64,000 nucleotides of DNA, from NCBI GenBank assembly GCA_964106915.2, contig OZ066919.1; one strand, written 5' to 3'. Under the pieces are notes generated by a model, which was given only the letters and a program-made list of their open reading frames with translations, was not told where the DNA came from and ran no database searches. Shown in pieces: positions 63,081-64,000 of the stretch. The stretch's first letter is position 1. Each line of letters starts with the position of its first letter. The DNA is from Podarcis gaigeae (Eukaryota). The translations under genes were made by a program, and so were the position numbers.

Positions 63081-63947
63081 AAGAGGGGCTTGGTGAGGGC
63101 AGCTTTTTTCTGCATGTCCCCTTGCATAGAATGTACTCTACCTCCAAGGTACAGCCTTGCTTACTGCTACCAGCTTCTTCAGAAAGAGAGATCAGTAACC
63201 TATTCAGCTTTGCAAAATGGGATCTCTCAAAGGCATAAATTCATGCCTGGTAGATCTGAAGGAGAGGGCAGTTCCCTCACAAGGTTCTTTTCCTTCTAGT
63301 TTTCCTTTCCCATTCCGCAACATATACCTAATCAATGCTTCCTCCATTCAGTTATGGCTTAGAAAAGTGAAAGTCTTGAGTTGTTGCTCCTGAAGTAGTG
63401 TTGCCCAGTTGCAACTCTGGGAATATGCATATACCTTTGGATCTCCCAGTGCAATAGCAAATGAGGCAGCCACAGCTTATTCCATCCATTCCATCCATTC
63501 TTGGAGCCCTGCTTGCCAGCTGGTGGGTAGAAGAAGGGGGCAGAAAGACTATGACTACATTGCCTCCCACTTCTTGGAGGTGGTGGGGCTTCAAAATATA
63601 TGAATATTTTGCAGGACACAACCTGGCAATACTATCTAAAAATAAGTTTGGCAATGGAGAGAAATCGAGGTGTTGTCAGGGCCTGGCCATTATGCTTTAG
63701 TAAGGAAATATGCATCACTCTGCTATGTAACATTTGAGTTGGCAGGTGGAGGAGATGCCCATCTTTAAAGTTTAGAGGATACTTGTGAACCATCACCCAA
63801 TTGCTCAGGTTAAAGGCCCTTTTCCCAGTCTCATTCATTACCCATTACTCAAAGACCCTGTAGGCAGAACAGAAAGAAGAGGTGAAGAGGGTATACATAA
63901 AGAGGAATGGAGAGTCAGCCCTTTACAATTTTCAACCAATAGAAGAC

Positions 63948-64000
63948 TGGTGCAGGCTCTAGTTATCTCCCGCTTGGACTACTGCAATGCGCTCTACGTG
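63948..64000 (+). mobile_element. 5'-truncated L2 LINE running off the window end
   Basis: Encodes LVQALVISRLDYCNALYV, a diagnostic L2 ORF2 motif. Confidence 0.85.

Larger units (their letters stand above)
55072..64000 (+). other. RNF220: Following RNF220 intron (next exon not recognised within the window)
   Basis: Starts with GTAAGG donor. No sequence encoding the expected next peptide (KNSLLKD-like) was recognised by eye. Confidence 0.6.

Noticed and set aside
1-64000. CRISPR array, operon, endogenous viral ORF or other novel multi-gene system
   Set aside because: Eukaryotic intronic DNA with no regularly spaced repeat-spacer array and no long or intact viral or enzyme ORFs

Overview
Vertebrate (squamate, most likely lacertid lizard) genomic DNA, identified by Sauria/Squam1 SINEs, MIR-derived Squam3-type SINEs, CR1/L2/L1 remnants and lizard-type DNA-transposon MITEs. 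The window is almost all intron of a + strand gene. The only convincing coding sequence is one 130-nt internal exon at 54942-55071 (GKKKATLFDSQAPICPICQVLLRPGELQEHMEQEMEKLTQLNI), which I recognise as RNF220 (the exon following the very large 5' intron; exon 3 in human). Between the repeats lie about 15 repeat-free blocks rich in homeodomain, Pbx-Hox and Meis motifs and often retaining CpGs, which look like conserved non-coding developmental enhancers; their conservation is inferred, not measured. Nearly all ORFs in the supplied track are noise or TE remnants. I found no evidence of a novel multi-gene system. The best leads are regulatory (Pbx-Hox/Meis grammar, GLI-like and CTCF sites), a degenerate UBZ-like zinc finger in the exon, and several intact or nested non-autonomous transposons. 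Family names come from memory of consensus sequences and no database searches were run.
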